DNA from: Octopus vulgaris
Lineage: Eukaryota
DNA length: 64,000 nucleotides
Direction of reading: 5' to 3'
NCBI GenBank assembly: GCA_951406725.2
Contig: OX597819.1
Coordinates: 104,718,001-104,782,000 of the forward strand
The notes under the pieces were generated by a model that saw only the letters and a program-made list of their open reading frames with translations, did not search any database and was not told the origin of the DNA. The position numbers and the translations under genes were made by a program. This document shows, piece after piece, positions 1-13,656 of the stretch (positions are counted from its first letter, which is position 1; the number at the start of each line of letters is the position of its first letter).

Positions 1-151
1 GTCATGGTCAAAGCGACGATCACATAGTACACAACTTCCTTCCAAGCATGTTAAAACGGAGTTGAAGGTCAATCTGTTCCAAGCAGCTTCACTCTACATG
101 CTTTAGCTTCGTTACTGTTGTAAAAGCCCGGATACTTATTGATCAGGCCTA
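1..151 (-). mobile_element. 5' end of a mariner-type DNA transposon (continues outside window)
   Basis: Minus strand begins GGCCTGATCAATAAGTATCCGG, resembling a mariner terminus, and reaches an ATG at the window edge. The second TIR is not visible. Confidence 0.4.
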
Positions 152-180
152 GTTTGTTTGTAGGTATGTGTCTCTCTACA

Positions 181-2920
181 CTAATATGTGAATCCACCTC
201 TGATACGTGGCACTTGATCAACAAGGGAGTTCGATGCTGCTGCCCGCATCTGCGTCTCCTGTCGTGAGGTAGGTTCATCTGGGACTCCCGACAAGAAGAG
301 ATCCAGTTTAGTTTTAAAGAAACCCACATCCACACCATGCAAGTTTCTCAGGCATTTAGGGAGGATGTTAAAGAGCTGTGGTCCTCTGAAACCCAAGCTA
401 TTGCTGTATCTGGTCCTGTATTTTGATGGTGATGTTGGAATCTTTGGCACCATGCAGTGGCGCCCCGTTCTGCGGTTGGGGTAACTTTGAATGCCAAAGT
501 TTGGGACAAGACCTTCCAGGATTTTCCAGATGTATATCACCGCATATCTCTCCCGCCTCCACTCTAGGGAGAAGAGGTTTAATACTTTCAGTCTTTCCCA
601 GTAGCTGATATTTTGCATTGAGACGATCTTCTTTGTGTAGTTTCTCTGAATTGCTTCGAGTTCTGCTGTTAGTTTTATATTGTGTGGTGACCATAGTTGG
701 GAGCAGTAGTCCAAGCGGCTGAGGACGAATGTTTTCCAGAGGACCATCAGTGTCTACTTCTCTCTTGTTCTGAAAGTTCGGAGAATCCATACAGCTAGCC
801 GTCTGCTTTTATCACCAGATTAGTAATATGCACTTGGAAAGATGCATCATTGCTCATGTCAATGACTAGGTCACGCACTGATTTTGACTCAGGGATTGCA
901 ATTCTTCCTGGGCCAGTGTATCCAGTCTGCACGTCGTTTACCTTTGTGTGCCGGTAGCGCAGGGCCTGGAACTTACCTGCATTAAACTACATGTTGTTGT
1001 CCTCCGCCCACCTGTATATTTTGTCCAACTCCTGTTGCAGATGCGCAATATTTTCAGGGTTTTGTATTGTGTGGGAGACTTTTGTGTCATCTGCATAGCT
1101 AGCAAGGGTGGCCATCGTAGCAACTGAAGGCATGTTTGAAAGGGCCACTATGAACAGCAGTGGCCCCAAGACAGTGCCCTGTGGAACACCGCTTGTTATT
1201 TGTGTTTCCTTGGAGGTGGCTCCATTGCTCACAACTGCCTGTCTTCTATCTTTTAGGAAGTTGTGCAGCCACTCTCCAAGTTTTCCGACTATGCCGAGAC
1301 CACGCAGTTTGTGACAGATCATACTATGGTCGACTTTATCAAAGGCTTTTGCAAAGTCGAGATATATTACATCCACATTTGAGCCATTTAGTAGCTGTTT
1401 TAACACCCAGTCATAGTGTTGCAGGAGCTGTGTTAGGCAGCTTCTACCTGGTCGAAATCCATGCTGGGTGTCAGACAGCAAGTCATTTTCTTCAAGGAAC
1501 ATGATTAGTTTCTTGCGGACCATTCATTCCATGACTTTGCTGATGTGTGAGGTCAGAGAGATAGGCCTATAATTTTTAGCATCTGCTCTGCTACCTCCCT
1601 TATGGATAGGGCATACTACCCCCTCTTTCAATTTGACTGGGAGCTTACCACTTGCAAGAAAGCTCTGAAAAAGAAGCTGTAGCGGTTTTGCAAGGGCTCG
1701 TTTGCACGATTTGAGAAGGATCGCTGGAAATCCATCAAGTCCAGCAGCTGAGTTTGTGTCAATCTCATCTATGGCTAGTGTGATATCATCATCTTCAATG
1801 TTGATGTACTCAATTTTTTCCTCTTTGGCCGCAGGTAAAGTGGCAAAGAATTCTTCTGGGTTGTTTACCTGCCTGTGTCCCAGAGGTGTAGTGAACACAC
1901 TTTGGAATTGTTCGTTCAGTATTTCACTTATCCTCGTGGGATTTCCTGTGAGAGAGCCATCTTTTTGGAAGAGAGGTCTTATTCTCTGGTGCACTGTGGC
2001 TGTCTTTTTGGCAAACTTAAAGAAAGCTTTAGGGTTTGATTTTATATTTTCTATTACCCAAACTTCTTTATCTGCTCTCTCCTTTTCATGGGATTGATGC
2101 AGACTTTTCTCAATTTCCATTAGCATTCTCTCGAGCCGAGACTTCTCACCACTTTTGGTGTGCTTGCTCAGGTGGTTCGCAATCCTTGTCCGTCGTCTCA
2201 TAAGAATCCTCCTTTCTCTAGGGATCCTGTTTTTTGTTTTTGTGTGTGCTGGCCCTGTACACTGGGACATATTTGTCACATATGGCTTGTATTATGGACA
2301 TGAAGTGTTTGTGTCTCATGTTAATGTCCGGTGTGGAGAGACATTTAGACCAATCCTGTTTGAGGATCTCTTTCTCAATCAACTTCCAGTTTGCTTTATG
2401 AAAGTTTAAGTTGGAGAGATGGTGGATGCTTCGTATAGGCTGTGTGTCTACGGGGGCTTTTGCTCCATACATAGACAGCTCTATTATGGTGTGATCCGAG
2501 GTCATTGTCGGCATCATTTAACATTATGGATAATATCCATATTGCTGGTGAAGCAGAGATCCAGTATATTATCTGCCCTTGTTGGTTGCAGAACTATTTG
2601 CTCCATGAAAGAGACATTTGTGAGATGGAGCAGGGACTCTGCCTGTGCCTGCTGATGGTGTGTCATCCCTGAGGGCATCTGCCCCCCCCCCCCCCAGGTC
2701 ATTCCACATTGGAAAAGTTAAAGTCACCCATGAAGAATACACTGTTGTGTTGTTCAAGGTTGGTGAGGATTCTTCTATTTTTGTTAGGCAGTCTTAAAAC
2801 ATGCCTGGGTGATTTGGGGCATCCGGTGGGCGATATGTAGTGCATATGACAATATTCAGTTGTCTTATGTGTACAATTTGAGTGTCACACACTGAGTTTG
2901 AATATGACAACAGGACCTGC
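181..2920 (-). mobile_element. CR1-type LINE ORF2 (APE endonuclease tail plus RT), frameshifted and 5'-truncated
   Basis: ORF pieces give YRPISLTS, QHGFRPGRSC, YLDFAKAFDKVDH, GVPQGTVLGP, YADDTK and [13 protein letters not shown] motifs (YRPP, PTR..NILDL) lie near 2550-2850. Confidence 0.93.
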
Positions 2921-3034
2921 ACACACACACATACACACATATGCAGAAGTAATTTTGAACACAATATGTGCATTTTATATAGCTTTATGAATTTACTTCA
3001 AAATTGAAATATTCCCGCTTCTACAAAGATTTAC

Positions 3035-3118
<84 letters not shown>

Positions 3119-3196
3119 ATGTATGTATATATATATATGCATATATATATATGTATATATATATATGTATATATATGTGCATATATATGTATATAT

Positions 3197-3922
3197 ATGG
3201 CAATGAAATGTAGACGGCTGGCTGGATGGATTCTTAGAACCTTTAGAACAAGAGAACAAGAGAACAAGAGACCATGATGGTCCTCTGGAAGACACTTGTC
3301 CTAAGCCACTTTGACTATTGCTCTCAGCTATGGTCACCATCCAGTGTCAGGATGATCACAGAACTTGAGGCGATCCGGCGAGGCTACACGAAGAGGATGG
3401 CCTCTGTGCGGCATGTGAGCTACTGGGAAGGACTCAAGAGATTAAAGCTCTATTCCCTGGAGCGTAGGCGAGAAAGATATGCCATAATATATATCTGGAA
3501 GATCCTGGAAGGACTTGTCTTAAACTTTGGCATCGAGAGTCACACAAATGCCAGAACCGGGCGCCACTGCGTAGTACCAAGGACTCCAAATTTGCCATCA
3601 AGATGTAGGACAAGATATTGTGATAGCCTGGGCTTCAGAGGCCCACAGCTCTTCAATATCCTCCCAAAGAACCTGAGGGACCTGCATGGTGTAGATGCGG
3701 ATGTCTTTAAAGTAGGACTGGACCTCTTCCTGTCAGGTGTCCCGGATGAACCATCTTCACGGCAGGAGGTGCAGATGAGGGCAGCTGCATCGAACTCTCT
3801 CATGCATCAGATGGCGTTTGCTAAAAAGCATCCGTGAGGTAAAATCGTGTAGCAAACCAAATGGCGGTGCCCCAGCATGGCCACAGCTCATTAGCTGAAA
3901 CTGGAAAAATCAAGATCAAAAT
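3197..3922 (+). mobile_element. CR1-type LINE 3' fragment with 3' tail, between (TA)n tracts
   Basis: ORF 3274-3837 ([21 protein letters not shown]) is paralogous to 181-747. The tail is GGCGGTGCCCCAGCATGGCCACAGCTCATTAGCTGAAAC. Confidence 0.9.
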
Positions 3923-3994
3923 CATATGCATATATATGTATGTATATATATATATGCATATGTATGCATATGCATATATATGTATATATATATA

Positions 3995-4037
<43 letters not shown>

Positions 4038-4255
4038 ATATATATATGCATATATATATGGATATATATGTATATATATGTATATGTATGTATATATATA
4101 TATGCATATATATATGGTTATATATGCATATATATATGTATATGCATATATATGTATATATATGTATATCTATATGCATATATATGTATATGTATATGTA
4201 TATGCATATATATGTATATATATGTATATATATATATGCATATGTATATGTATAT

Positions 4256-4320
<65 letters not shown>
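3923..4320. repeat. (TA)n/(TATG)n microsatellite
   Basis: Directly visible; one of many TA/CA/TATG/GATA/TAA tracts in the window. Confidence 0.95.
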
Positions 4321-4321
<1 letters not shown>

Positions 4322-5109
4322 ATGCGTACGTGTGAACGTGCGCGTGTGTATATGCACATGTTTGTGTATAGAGGTATGTCTGTATCAATCTACATACATA
4401 CATTGCTCGCCCGCCATTTCTGACAGCAGGAATTTGGTAATCTCTGTTTTCCCTTACCAGTAGAAGGTAAATTTGACTAAGCATAGGTTTGTTCACGAAT
4501 GATTTTTATTGATCACTCGCATGACGGAGAAATACGGATTTACATTTCGATTTACATTTCTGTGTAATTCTCGTGTGATGCACATATTTTCATGTATCTT
4601 GACACTGCACAATGTGCCTTCTGCAGTAACACAAAGATTTATATGTTGAAATATGCTTGACTCATATTCGAATCCCTAAGAAAGCCGTTTACTGTATTTT
4701 GTAGTGGAGACAACTTCCAGCTCCAGTCAAACAGTGAAAATAGACCAAAATCAGCTCTCAGTGTCACCTACCCAGACTTTGAGATGCAAGTATTTCGGAG
4801 TGATTATTTCGTCTTCAATCACAGAAATCAGAGAGTTGATCTTAGAAACTGTCTCTCTTATGACAGAGTTGATCTGAGAGACTGTCTCTTTTATATTCTC
4901 ATCATCGTACAATGGACTAGTAGTGCTAATCGGTGGATCACTGCAAACTAATTATGTGTTGGCAATGTTAAGCAGGTATGTATATAAATACATGGCTTTT
5001 ATCAGTTCAAATATACTTGAGTCATATTCCAAACAGTTAGAAAGCCATTCAGTGTGTTTTGACGCGGAGAAAGTTTCTCGCTTCTACACAAATGGTGTAA
5101 ATATGCCAA

Positions 5110-5463
5110 AATAAACTTCAAGACTTTCCCTTCGCATCCTATATTCAACTGCCAATTTTTGCACCGTTGATAAAGCTGGAGTGCCATTCCCTAACGTAGC
5201 AAGTATAGCAAAATGAATGTCCTTGAATGCTAAATCCTTTTGCTGCAGGTATTTGATAACACCACAATACCAAATTTTGTTCATTTTCAAAAGAAGTTGC
5301 TACTGATCACATTTGAAGTCTTCCTTGAAAAGTAAGTTATTGATATATCTGGAAAGAAACAAAGCACTTATTAATAAGAATCGTTGAAATTAATACACGT
5401 AAGATTTCACAGATCCTGCGTCACTCCTTCATAGTTAGCTTATGAACATTTCAGACCACCTTC
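5110..5463 (-). mobile_element. mariner 5' fragment (N-terminal HTH of transposase)
   Basis: ORF 5084-5290 VIKYLQQKDLAFKDIH...PALSTVQK...RRESLE matches the mariner first HTH. A terminus-like GAAGGTGGTCTGAAATGTTC lies near 5445-5464. Confidence 0.7.
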
Positions 5464-5832
5464 TTAATTTCTTTTCGAATAGAGTTCACCAACGCAAAGT
5501 TACATCCAATAAGATTTAATAAATAAAGATATTCTTACGGGGGCAGAGTTTCTCAGTTAGATTTTTAAAGAATTCTGTACACACTGTGTTTTTTTCTTGT
5601 TCAGCACATTTTTTTAACACAACAATGCGTCTGGAAGAAGAAAATAAATCGCAAATTTTTATTTCAAAATTTAAAAAAGATGATAATCTTGAGCTTTGTT
5701 TTTAATCAAATTTTAAAATACCCGCAGAAATAAAACGCATTGGCAAAATATTTTATGTTATTTAAAAGAGAATTTGTTGCTCTTCAAGAGCAGGTGTGTT
5801 TTCATGTTTTAATTTTATTAAACACACACACG

Positions 5833-5886
<54 letters not shown>

Positions 5887-5916
5887 TACACACATACACA
5901 CACACACACACACATA

Positions 5917-7359
5917 TCTTTATATATATAAAACTGAGAATGTGTGTCTGTCTGTCTGTGTGTTTCCCTAAAACTTGAGAACTACACAACCAATTTCACC
6001 AAATTTTACACATGCCTTACTTATGGTCCGGGGAGTGTCATCGGCAAAAAATAATTTTTAACTTTTTGCCTAGGGCGAGCCCACAGCAATATCATATCTT
6101 CTCCACTACGATTGCCTAAAACTTAAGAATTACACAACCAATTTCATTCAAATTTTATACATGCCTTACTTAGGGTCCATGTAGTTTCATGGGCAAAAAA
6201 ATGTTAAACTTCTGGCCTAGAGCGAGCCCATAGCAATTTCATATCTTCTCCACTATTTCAGTATTACGTGTTAAAAGTGAAACAAAAACGTTTCTCTATT
6301 TTATGTCAGATACTTTCACTTTAGCAATAAAAATAATAATAACAATTGAATTATATGTAGTAAGTAATAATTAAAATCAACTAAAGTATAATATAATCGT
6401 AATATAACAAAAGTAAAAATAGCAATTGGTATAAAATTGCATCAATGATTTGAACTTGATTAAGTGGTTTCACATGAATGGGAATAAATAAAAAATAAAA
6501 TTTAAGTGCAGAAATGGAATAGTCCAGATGGATAATAAAAAATTAAATTAAAGAAAAGACTATTATCTATAAAGTATACAATGTAGAGAAAAAAGAAGAT
6601 TTGAACACATGGAGGAAAGCACCTTCGAAAAGTGTCTTAGTGCGACTTTGAAAGACATCTAATCAGAGGCGGTAAATTCGCCACAATAGAAACAAGGTTC
6701 GAGTCAACGGAGCGTGCAGGGGAGTACTCGACTCGAACTTGCAAAGTGGAAATATTTTATTTTTACTTTTATATCTGGGACGTAGGACGTCCCGGATAAA
6801 AATTTTAAATGCCCCTTCCCCACCCCCACCCCAGAAGTAGAGGTAGGCTGGATTGTAGCCACACTTCTATACAAAAGCTCTATCTGCGACGATTTCATCT
6901 CAATCGAAGGAGAGGGGCTTTCTCCGTCCGGGTTGCGGATCCGTGGAATAAGCTGCCGGACGAGATAGTGAAGATGCCGACGACCGCTTGGTTCAAAGTC
7001 TCCCTTGACCATAAGTGGCCTGAACTCTTTACATGAACACCACCCTGTACATAACTCCATGTCCCCCTACATGGCCTTGCTTTTTGAGCCAAAAGATTAA
7101 CTAACTAACTAACTAACTAACTAAACAAGAGGGAGGACAAGATACAATTGATCGAAATTACAAGAGACGGGCTAACAATTCCAGTCTGTTATATATTTTG
7201 AGTATTGTTATCACTAGCGATATCAAAATATGACTTTGTATTTTGTATTTTATGTGTAGATGTATATATATAGATGTACATGTAATATGTACGCATATAT
7301 ATACACATATATACATGCAGTAGCACTATGACCCGGCAACGAGGGGACTTTAATACTAG
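5917..7359 (+). mobile_element. non-autonomous Helitron-like element with internal ~148-bp tandem duplication
   Basis: Starts A|TCTTTATATATATAAAA with (GTCT)n, and ends with a GC-rich decayed hairpin (ACCCGGCAACG) then CTAG|T. Direct repeats lie at ~5968-6108 and ~6115-6257. Confidence 0.6.
6870..7124 (+). mobile_element. CR1/L2 LINE 3' end with (TAAC)n tail
   Basis: FSVRVADPWNKLP...FKVSLD C-terminal motif, stop at 7036, then a (TAAC)n tail at ~7098-7124. Confidence 0.8.
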
Positions 7360-7387
7360 TATATATATCTTTCTTTTTTAACTTTAA

Positions 7388-7704
7388 CTCCGCCGGTTAC
7401 GACGACGAGGGTCCCAGCTGATACGATCAACGGAACAGCTTGCTCGTGAAATTAACGTGCAAATGGCTGAGCATTCCACAGACACGTGTACCCTTAACGT
7501 AGTTCTCGGGGATAATCAGCGTGACACAGAGAGTGACAAGGCTGACCCTTTGAAATACAAGTACAACTCATTTTTGCCAGCTGAGTGGACTAGAGCAACG
7601 TGAAATAAAGTGTCTTGCTCAAGGACACAACGCGTCGCCGGGAATCGAACTCACAACCTTACGATCATGAGCCGAGTGCCCTAACCACTAAGCCACGCGC
7701 CCTC
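7388..7704 (-). mobile_element. tRNA-derived SINE
   Basis: A box TGGCTTAGTGG and B box GAGTTCGATTC, then core GTGTCCTTGAGCAAGACACTTT shared with 43353-43624 and 54716-55056. Confidence 0.85.
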
Positions 7705-8034
7705 ATGTATATATATAATACAATTTAGATTCAGTTGGATTAGGTACTTAAATTCAGGCATCTTGTTAGGACGAACGTATTTGTACACTCAAACAATATT
7801 AGGTATCAAACTCTACATAGAATTTTTTCCACCCAATATTTATGCAGTGTATGCAAATGGAACAATCCAACTTAGTGAATCAATACGCTTTTGTTTGTTC
7901 ACACATGTAATCTATATAAAGATACTTTCCAAATACTTCCGAAGAGTAATTACAAGGGTCGGTGAATAAGATATACATGGTTAACAAAGATAAATTGACA
8001 CTTATACACTTTTGCTATTCATTTATATTTTTTA

Positions 8035-8097
<63 letters not shown>

Positions 8098-8209
8098 CAT
8101 ACCTACATATATACATATATACATACATACATACATACACACATATCTATCTATCTATCTATCTATCTTTCCCTCTCTATATATATATTTATACACATAC
8201 ATATATATA

Positions 8210-9475
8210 TAGGGTCATCCCATAAATAATGCGGTTTTTCACATTCCTTTATTTTTCAAAATTAAGATAAACAAAGTTCTTTTTTAATCTAAAATATGCT
8301 CTCCTTCATTCTCTACAATGTTTTTCCATCTATCTTGCAAATTTGCAAGGCCCTCTTCCAAAATTCACTTTTCCGTGATGAAAAATACTCCTCCAATATT
8401 GTTCTCAGCTCGTCTACAGAATTCGTATTTTTTCTGTCCAAATCATTTTGAAGTCTGCGAAATAAATGATACTCAGATGGGGAAATGTCCGGCAAATATG
8501 GCGGATGGGGCATCGTTTCCCATTCAAACTGTTCCAGCCTTTGGAATGTCATTCTTGCTGTATGTGGCCGAGTATTATCCTAATGGAAGAACACCTTTCG
8601 TTTTGATACCAAACATGGTCGTTTTTCTGCTAGCTGCTCGCAGTAGATCTTTGTTAAAGTTTGGTTTAGGCTTAAAGTTTCAAAGTGGTCTAAACCTTTC
8701 ATATCTCACCAAACAGGTAACAACACCTTACTAGGGTAAATACCCTCTTGGGGTACCAGTGTTTCTCCTTTCCCTACTCACTGTCTTCGGCGCTTGACAT
8801 CTTTATAGAGAACCCATATCTCCTCCCAGTCACTATTCGGTCAAAAAAAAAACATTAGGTTCATTCGTGTGACATGATAGCAAAGAGAGGTACACATTCA
8901 CTCTCTGCGTGCGATTAGACTCGAAAATTTTGTGAGGAACCCATTGTCCCAATTTGCTGACTTTTCCGATACCTCGCAGGTGTCGATGAATGGTTCAATG
9001 ACCAAATCCAAGCTGCTCTGCCAGCTCCTCACCAGTTACGATGGGATTTTGTTCCACCAGTGTTTGCAGAACGTTCTCGTTGAGCTCAACAAATCTTCCA
9101 GCACAAGGCTTGTCTTTTAGGCTGTAGTTTCTGGCTCGGAATTTCTGGATCTACCGTTGACACTGGTCTACGCTTATTGTGCTATCGCCATATACTACAT
9201 TAATATCCCCACACTTTCCGTTGCGTTCTTACCTTTATCGAGAGACTGTTTCTCTTATGATATTCCCATCATAGGATATACTCTTTGTCACTTCCATTAT
9301 AACTTTGAAAAGGTAACTGTTAAAATCGAACTGCACTCTTCAAAACTTGCACAAAGAATAAGGACAGGGTAAAATTACTCCCTCCTTTTATAGCAAGTTG
9401 ATGTAGTTTATCCCGTCCCCTCCGACTTTTAGTTTATGTATTTTAAAAAACCGCATCATTTATGGGATGAACCCG
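8210..9475 (-). mobile_element. full-length decayed mariner (DD34D) transposon
   Basis: TIRs AGGGTCATCCCATAAATAATGCGGTTTTT and AAAAAACCGCATCATTTATGGGATGAACCC with TA flanks. Motif HPPYLPDISPSEYHLFR is present. Confidence 0.9.
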
Positions 9476-9480
9476 TATAT

Positions 9481-9956
9481 ATACAAGAGTTACGGAATTG
9501 AGTAGAAAAGACCCGGGCTACATATGTTTCACAGCGAGCAGTGCCTCAGAAGTGGTAAATATCCAGGCGAGGTATATACCGTAGGCTATTCTCCAGGCCA
9601 AAGATATCCTGATTAAATGAAAATTTGCATAGTCGCAAACAGCCCTATTGAATACTACCGGTAAATGACATTGCTTACAATTCCTCATTCCTCTCACTTC
9701 TTTTTTCCTTCTTTTAATACTTATTTCTCTCTTTATATATTTTCTCTTCTACTGTGCTCTCTACATATTCTGATTGAATCTTTCATGTTTTAACATCGGG
9801 ACAATGTAAACTTTCATTTAATCAAGACATACTTGGCCTGAGAAGTAGCTTGCGGTACACACCTCGCTTGGATAATTTACCACTTCTGAGGTTTCACTCG
9901 CTATGAAACATATATGTAGGCCGGATCTTATCTACTCCATTCCGTAACTCTTGTAT
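9481..9956. repeat. fold-back element with ~155-bp imperfect inverted arms
   Basis: ATACAAGAGTTACGGAA... (9481-9635) is the reverse complement of ...TTCCGTAACTCTTGTAT (9800-9956). Confidence 0.85.
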
Positions 9957-10022
9957 TCTTATTTTTATATTTACTACGGATTGTTGCAGCTATCTTTCTT
10001 CGTTCATCCTCGATACCTGGAT

Positions 10023-10066
<44 letters not shown>

Positions 10067-10240
10067 CATATATATATATATACATTCATACAAGTAAAGG
10101 TTACAAACCAGATTCAGGGACAGCAAAATTCTTTGAAAGTACTGGTTAGTTACCTATACAAAGAATTTTATCAGTTAACGGTTTGCAGCCGTTTACTCAA
10201 CATGCACGAATTGACTAACTATTCTGTATATCTTAAATTA

Positions 10241-10322
10241 CCTCTGACGAGATTCGAGTTTCAAAATTCTTAAATCTTATTAATTAATTTTCTGAAGGTC
10301 TTGAATTGAAACAGGTGTAAGG
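10241..10322 (+). ncRNA. type I hammerhead ribozyme motif (intact core)
   Basis: CCU-CUGACGA-GAUUCGAG...CUUGAAUU-GAAAC-AGGU-GUA-AGG: stem I CCU/AGG, 8-bp stem II with G-U pairs, short stem III, GUA cleavage triplet. Confidence 0.75.
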
Positions 10323-10416
10323 AACGTTTGTCAAATTGTTAATTAATAATTAATAATTTATTAATTACCTCTCTATTTTCGTATCTTATATATATATATA
10401 TAAATATACACACACA

Positions 10417-10519
<103 letters not shown>

Positions 10520-10702
10520 GTACGACGGGCTTCTGTCCTCTTTTGCCTACCAAATCCACTCACATGAACATTTTGAAGTAAAATATCTGCTCTTTTTATC
10601 TACTCTTGGATATGTCCGAGAAAGATGGGATAATTTAAGTCAAACGCATGGTTTATACGTATATACTATTCCATATATTAGCAGTAAATATAATCATAAA
10701 AT

Positions 10703-13352
10703 CAGTGGTTCTCAAACTGGGAACCGCGGTCGCCTGTGGGACCGCGAAACGATTTTGGGGGCACCGCGAATGGACGCTAAAGTATCGTGAAAACGGGTGG
10801 CTTGAGAAAGTTAAGTTAAAATATTTCAAAACTTCCAATTTTTCGCATGCTATCATTCTTTGTTGTTGTCGACTTCAAAAATCTATGCTACTCCTACACA
10901 CTCATTTGCTAATCACACTAGTTGTACAACAAGTGTGATTATCCGATGGAAAATATGTGGGTATAACGGTTGATCGTGCATATGCTGTCGCTGTTCTACG
11001 CTCACATGATCCACCACTCCACTACTGCAATCCACACATTTGCATGTCTCTCGCGGTCGTTACCCTCATCGGTACATATTGAAGCATGACATAGCTCTTT
11101 GTCAGACAGCCATTCTCATCCTGCATGTCGGCTGGGCTTTGCAATGCAAGGTCGTTTGGCAAAGTGTTCCGACAGAATTGTATTATCAACGGTTATCAAT
11201 TCACGAAGGTTCATCAACAGAAAAACAACGTTCACATACGCTTTGCTTTTCTTCCACAACTAAGAGTGAGAGGGGTAAGCATTATTGCTAATTAGCACAT
11301 CCAAAAGCTGGCATATATGATAAATGCCAAATAAATATAGAATGTAGTAATATTAAATTAGTTTATTGAATTTTATCTTTTAACAATGTCTCCCCCAATA
11401 AATTGAAAAAAAAAGAGGAAATTGAGTATGACGAATCTTATTTGAAATTCAATTTTACAGCGAGAAGAGGAGCCACCAATTTCCTGCAAAAACCTCAGCA
11501 CCAAAACAACCGCAAGTGAAATATTTAATAAAGTGGGCAAATGTTTTGAGACTCATGATATCATCTGGGAGCATGTCATTGGCGCATGCACCGACGCGCT
11601 CCAGCGATGCTTGGTTGCCGTTCCGGTTATCAGATTTAGGTGAAAGAAAAATCCCCAGCTGCTAATGGTGAAAACCATGCTTAATGAATTACAAAATGTT
11701 CTAAATTACGTGATTACAGCGGGGAACTTCATCAAAGCAGACACACTCAACTTTCATATGGTTGCCGAGTTGTGCGAAGAAAGTGGTTCTGAATTCGAAA
11801 CTCTTCTGTTGCACTTACAAGTGAGATGACTTTCGAGACAAAAAACAGCAAGGAGGGTCTTCCTACGAAAAGAAGTGAACTACGTTTTACAGGATGCCAA
11901 GCCATGTTCGTTTTGTGATCTGCTTGGCATTTTTGGCGGACATTTTCGAGTCAGTAAATGCCGTCAATCATTCACTGCAAAGGGAAAATATAGCTATGCT
12001 TCATTCTCATGAAAAAATAAGTGCTTTCAAAATGAGGCCTCAACTTTTGCACCCAAAGTTGGATACAAAGAATTTTGCATCATTTCATCAGCTAAACATA
12101 TTTATTGATGAGAACGAGTTTCAAGTCGGTGACAATATCGTTGAACTCAAAACAACACTTGTCAATACTTGGCAGGGAAATATATTTTTATTTCCCCGAT
12201 CTTCAGCACTGACGAATAGTGCCGCTTTATCAGGAATCCCTATGTCCTCTCTATTAGCGATCTGCCTACAGAAGACAATTTAATTCAAGAGCAGTTCATT
12301 GATTTGGTCAATAATGGAGGTGCAAAATGTTTTTTTTTCCTCTGTGAAATGTGCTGTTCTGACTTTTGGAATGAAATGGCACGGTCATATCCTGATATCG
12401 CAAAGATGGCTCTTGGAGTACCAATGCCATTTCTAACCACCTACGAGTGTGAGACTGCATTTTCCACTCTCTTTGCCATCAAAGCGAAGTAACGAAATCG
12501 ACTGGATGTCACACCAGAAATGAGGGTTGCCATCTCCAGAACAGAGCCGAACATAAAAGAGCTGGTCACTGCAAAGCAGGTACATCTATCACATTGAACT
12601 TCGCTGTAAATAAAATAACAGCTAGTCTGCGTTTGTAAATAAATAATTTCTTATATACTTTTTGTTGTTGTCATGTTATGTATCAGGGATTCAGGAAGAG
12701 AGATGGCTAACTTCAAGGAAGGAGGAGAAGACAGTTCTACTAAAATTGTGGTTTTCCGTGCATACTAGTGGTCCAATTGGCAGAAACTTCTGTACATTTC
12801 GGGATGCTGTTACAATTCTTCTGCTGAAAATAGCTAAATTGGTTGAAATGCACCTCTTGGATAATGAATATGAGGAATGACCAGTGGAGAGGAATAGCAT
12901 CCCAAAACATTGCAGAAGGGGAAGGTGATATCAAAAGCTCGGCAACCACTGTTATGTACGTATATGTGCCGTAGTTTACGGTGTATGACCCGCGTTTTGC
13001 TGTCTGCTAAATAGGCATAAATGAGTCTTACACAGTTGTTAATACAAGATGCTCGCTATATTTTCGGACTGTTTTTGTTTCTCATTTGTTTTGCAACCAA
13101 TTGATCAACTGATTCCCCATATTTTTATGTGTATTTGCTGTATCCCTATGGGGTGTTGCGAGGATTGAGTCGTGGTTTTCGGGGTTGTGGGCCTATGGGC
13201 AGTGCAGTTCATATTCCGGAAAATACGGTATACGAATGTACGTCATTGTTTTCCAACTTAATAATCCTGCTTTTTATAGGGGACCGCGAATCATCGAAAA
13301 AACTGTAAGGGGACCGGCGCATAAAATTTTTTGAAAAATTTGAGAACCACAA
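10703..13352 (+). mobile_element. hAT (Charlie/Buster-type) transposon, decayed
   Basis: TIRs CAGTGGTTCTCAAA and TTTGAGAACCAC with subterminal GGGACCGCG motifs. Transposase remnants include APAMLG, LAFLADIF and PFLTTYECETAFSTL (11390-12600). Confidence 0.88.
12969..13228. mobile_element. pogo/Tigger-like MITE nested in the hAT element
   Basis: Imperfect TIRs CCGTAGTTTACGG and CCGGAAAATACGG, followed by TA. Confidence 0.45.
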
Positions 13353-13396
13353 CATTATTGTTAGCAATGATAATATTAGCGGTTAATATATATATA

Positions 13397-13568
<172 letters not shown>

Positions 13569-13656
13569 GGGTAATAAGAATTATAGAAATTATTATTACC
13601 AGTGGCCTAGCACAAAAAAAAAATATTCAGTAGACTATATATTATTCACATAAAAA

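Noticed and set aside
181-3922. Two opposed CR1 pieces as one twin-primed inversion
   Set aside because: Both contain the same 3' region and are clearly diverged, so they are independent insertions.
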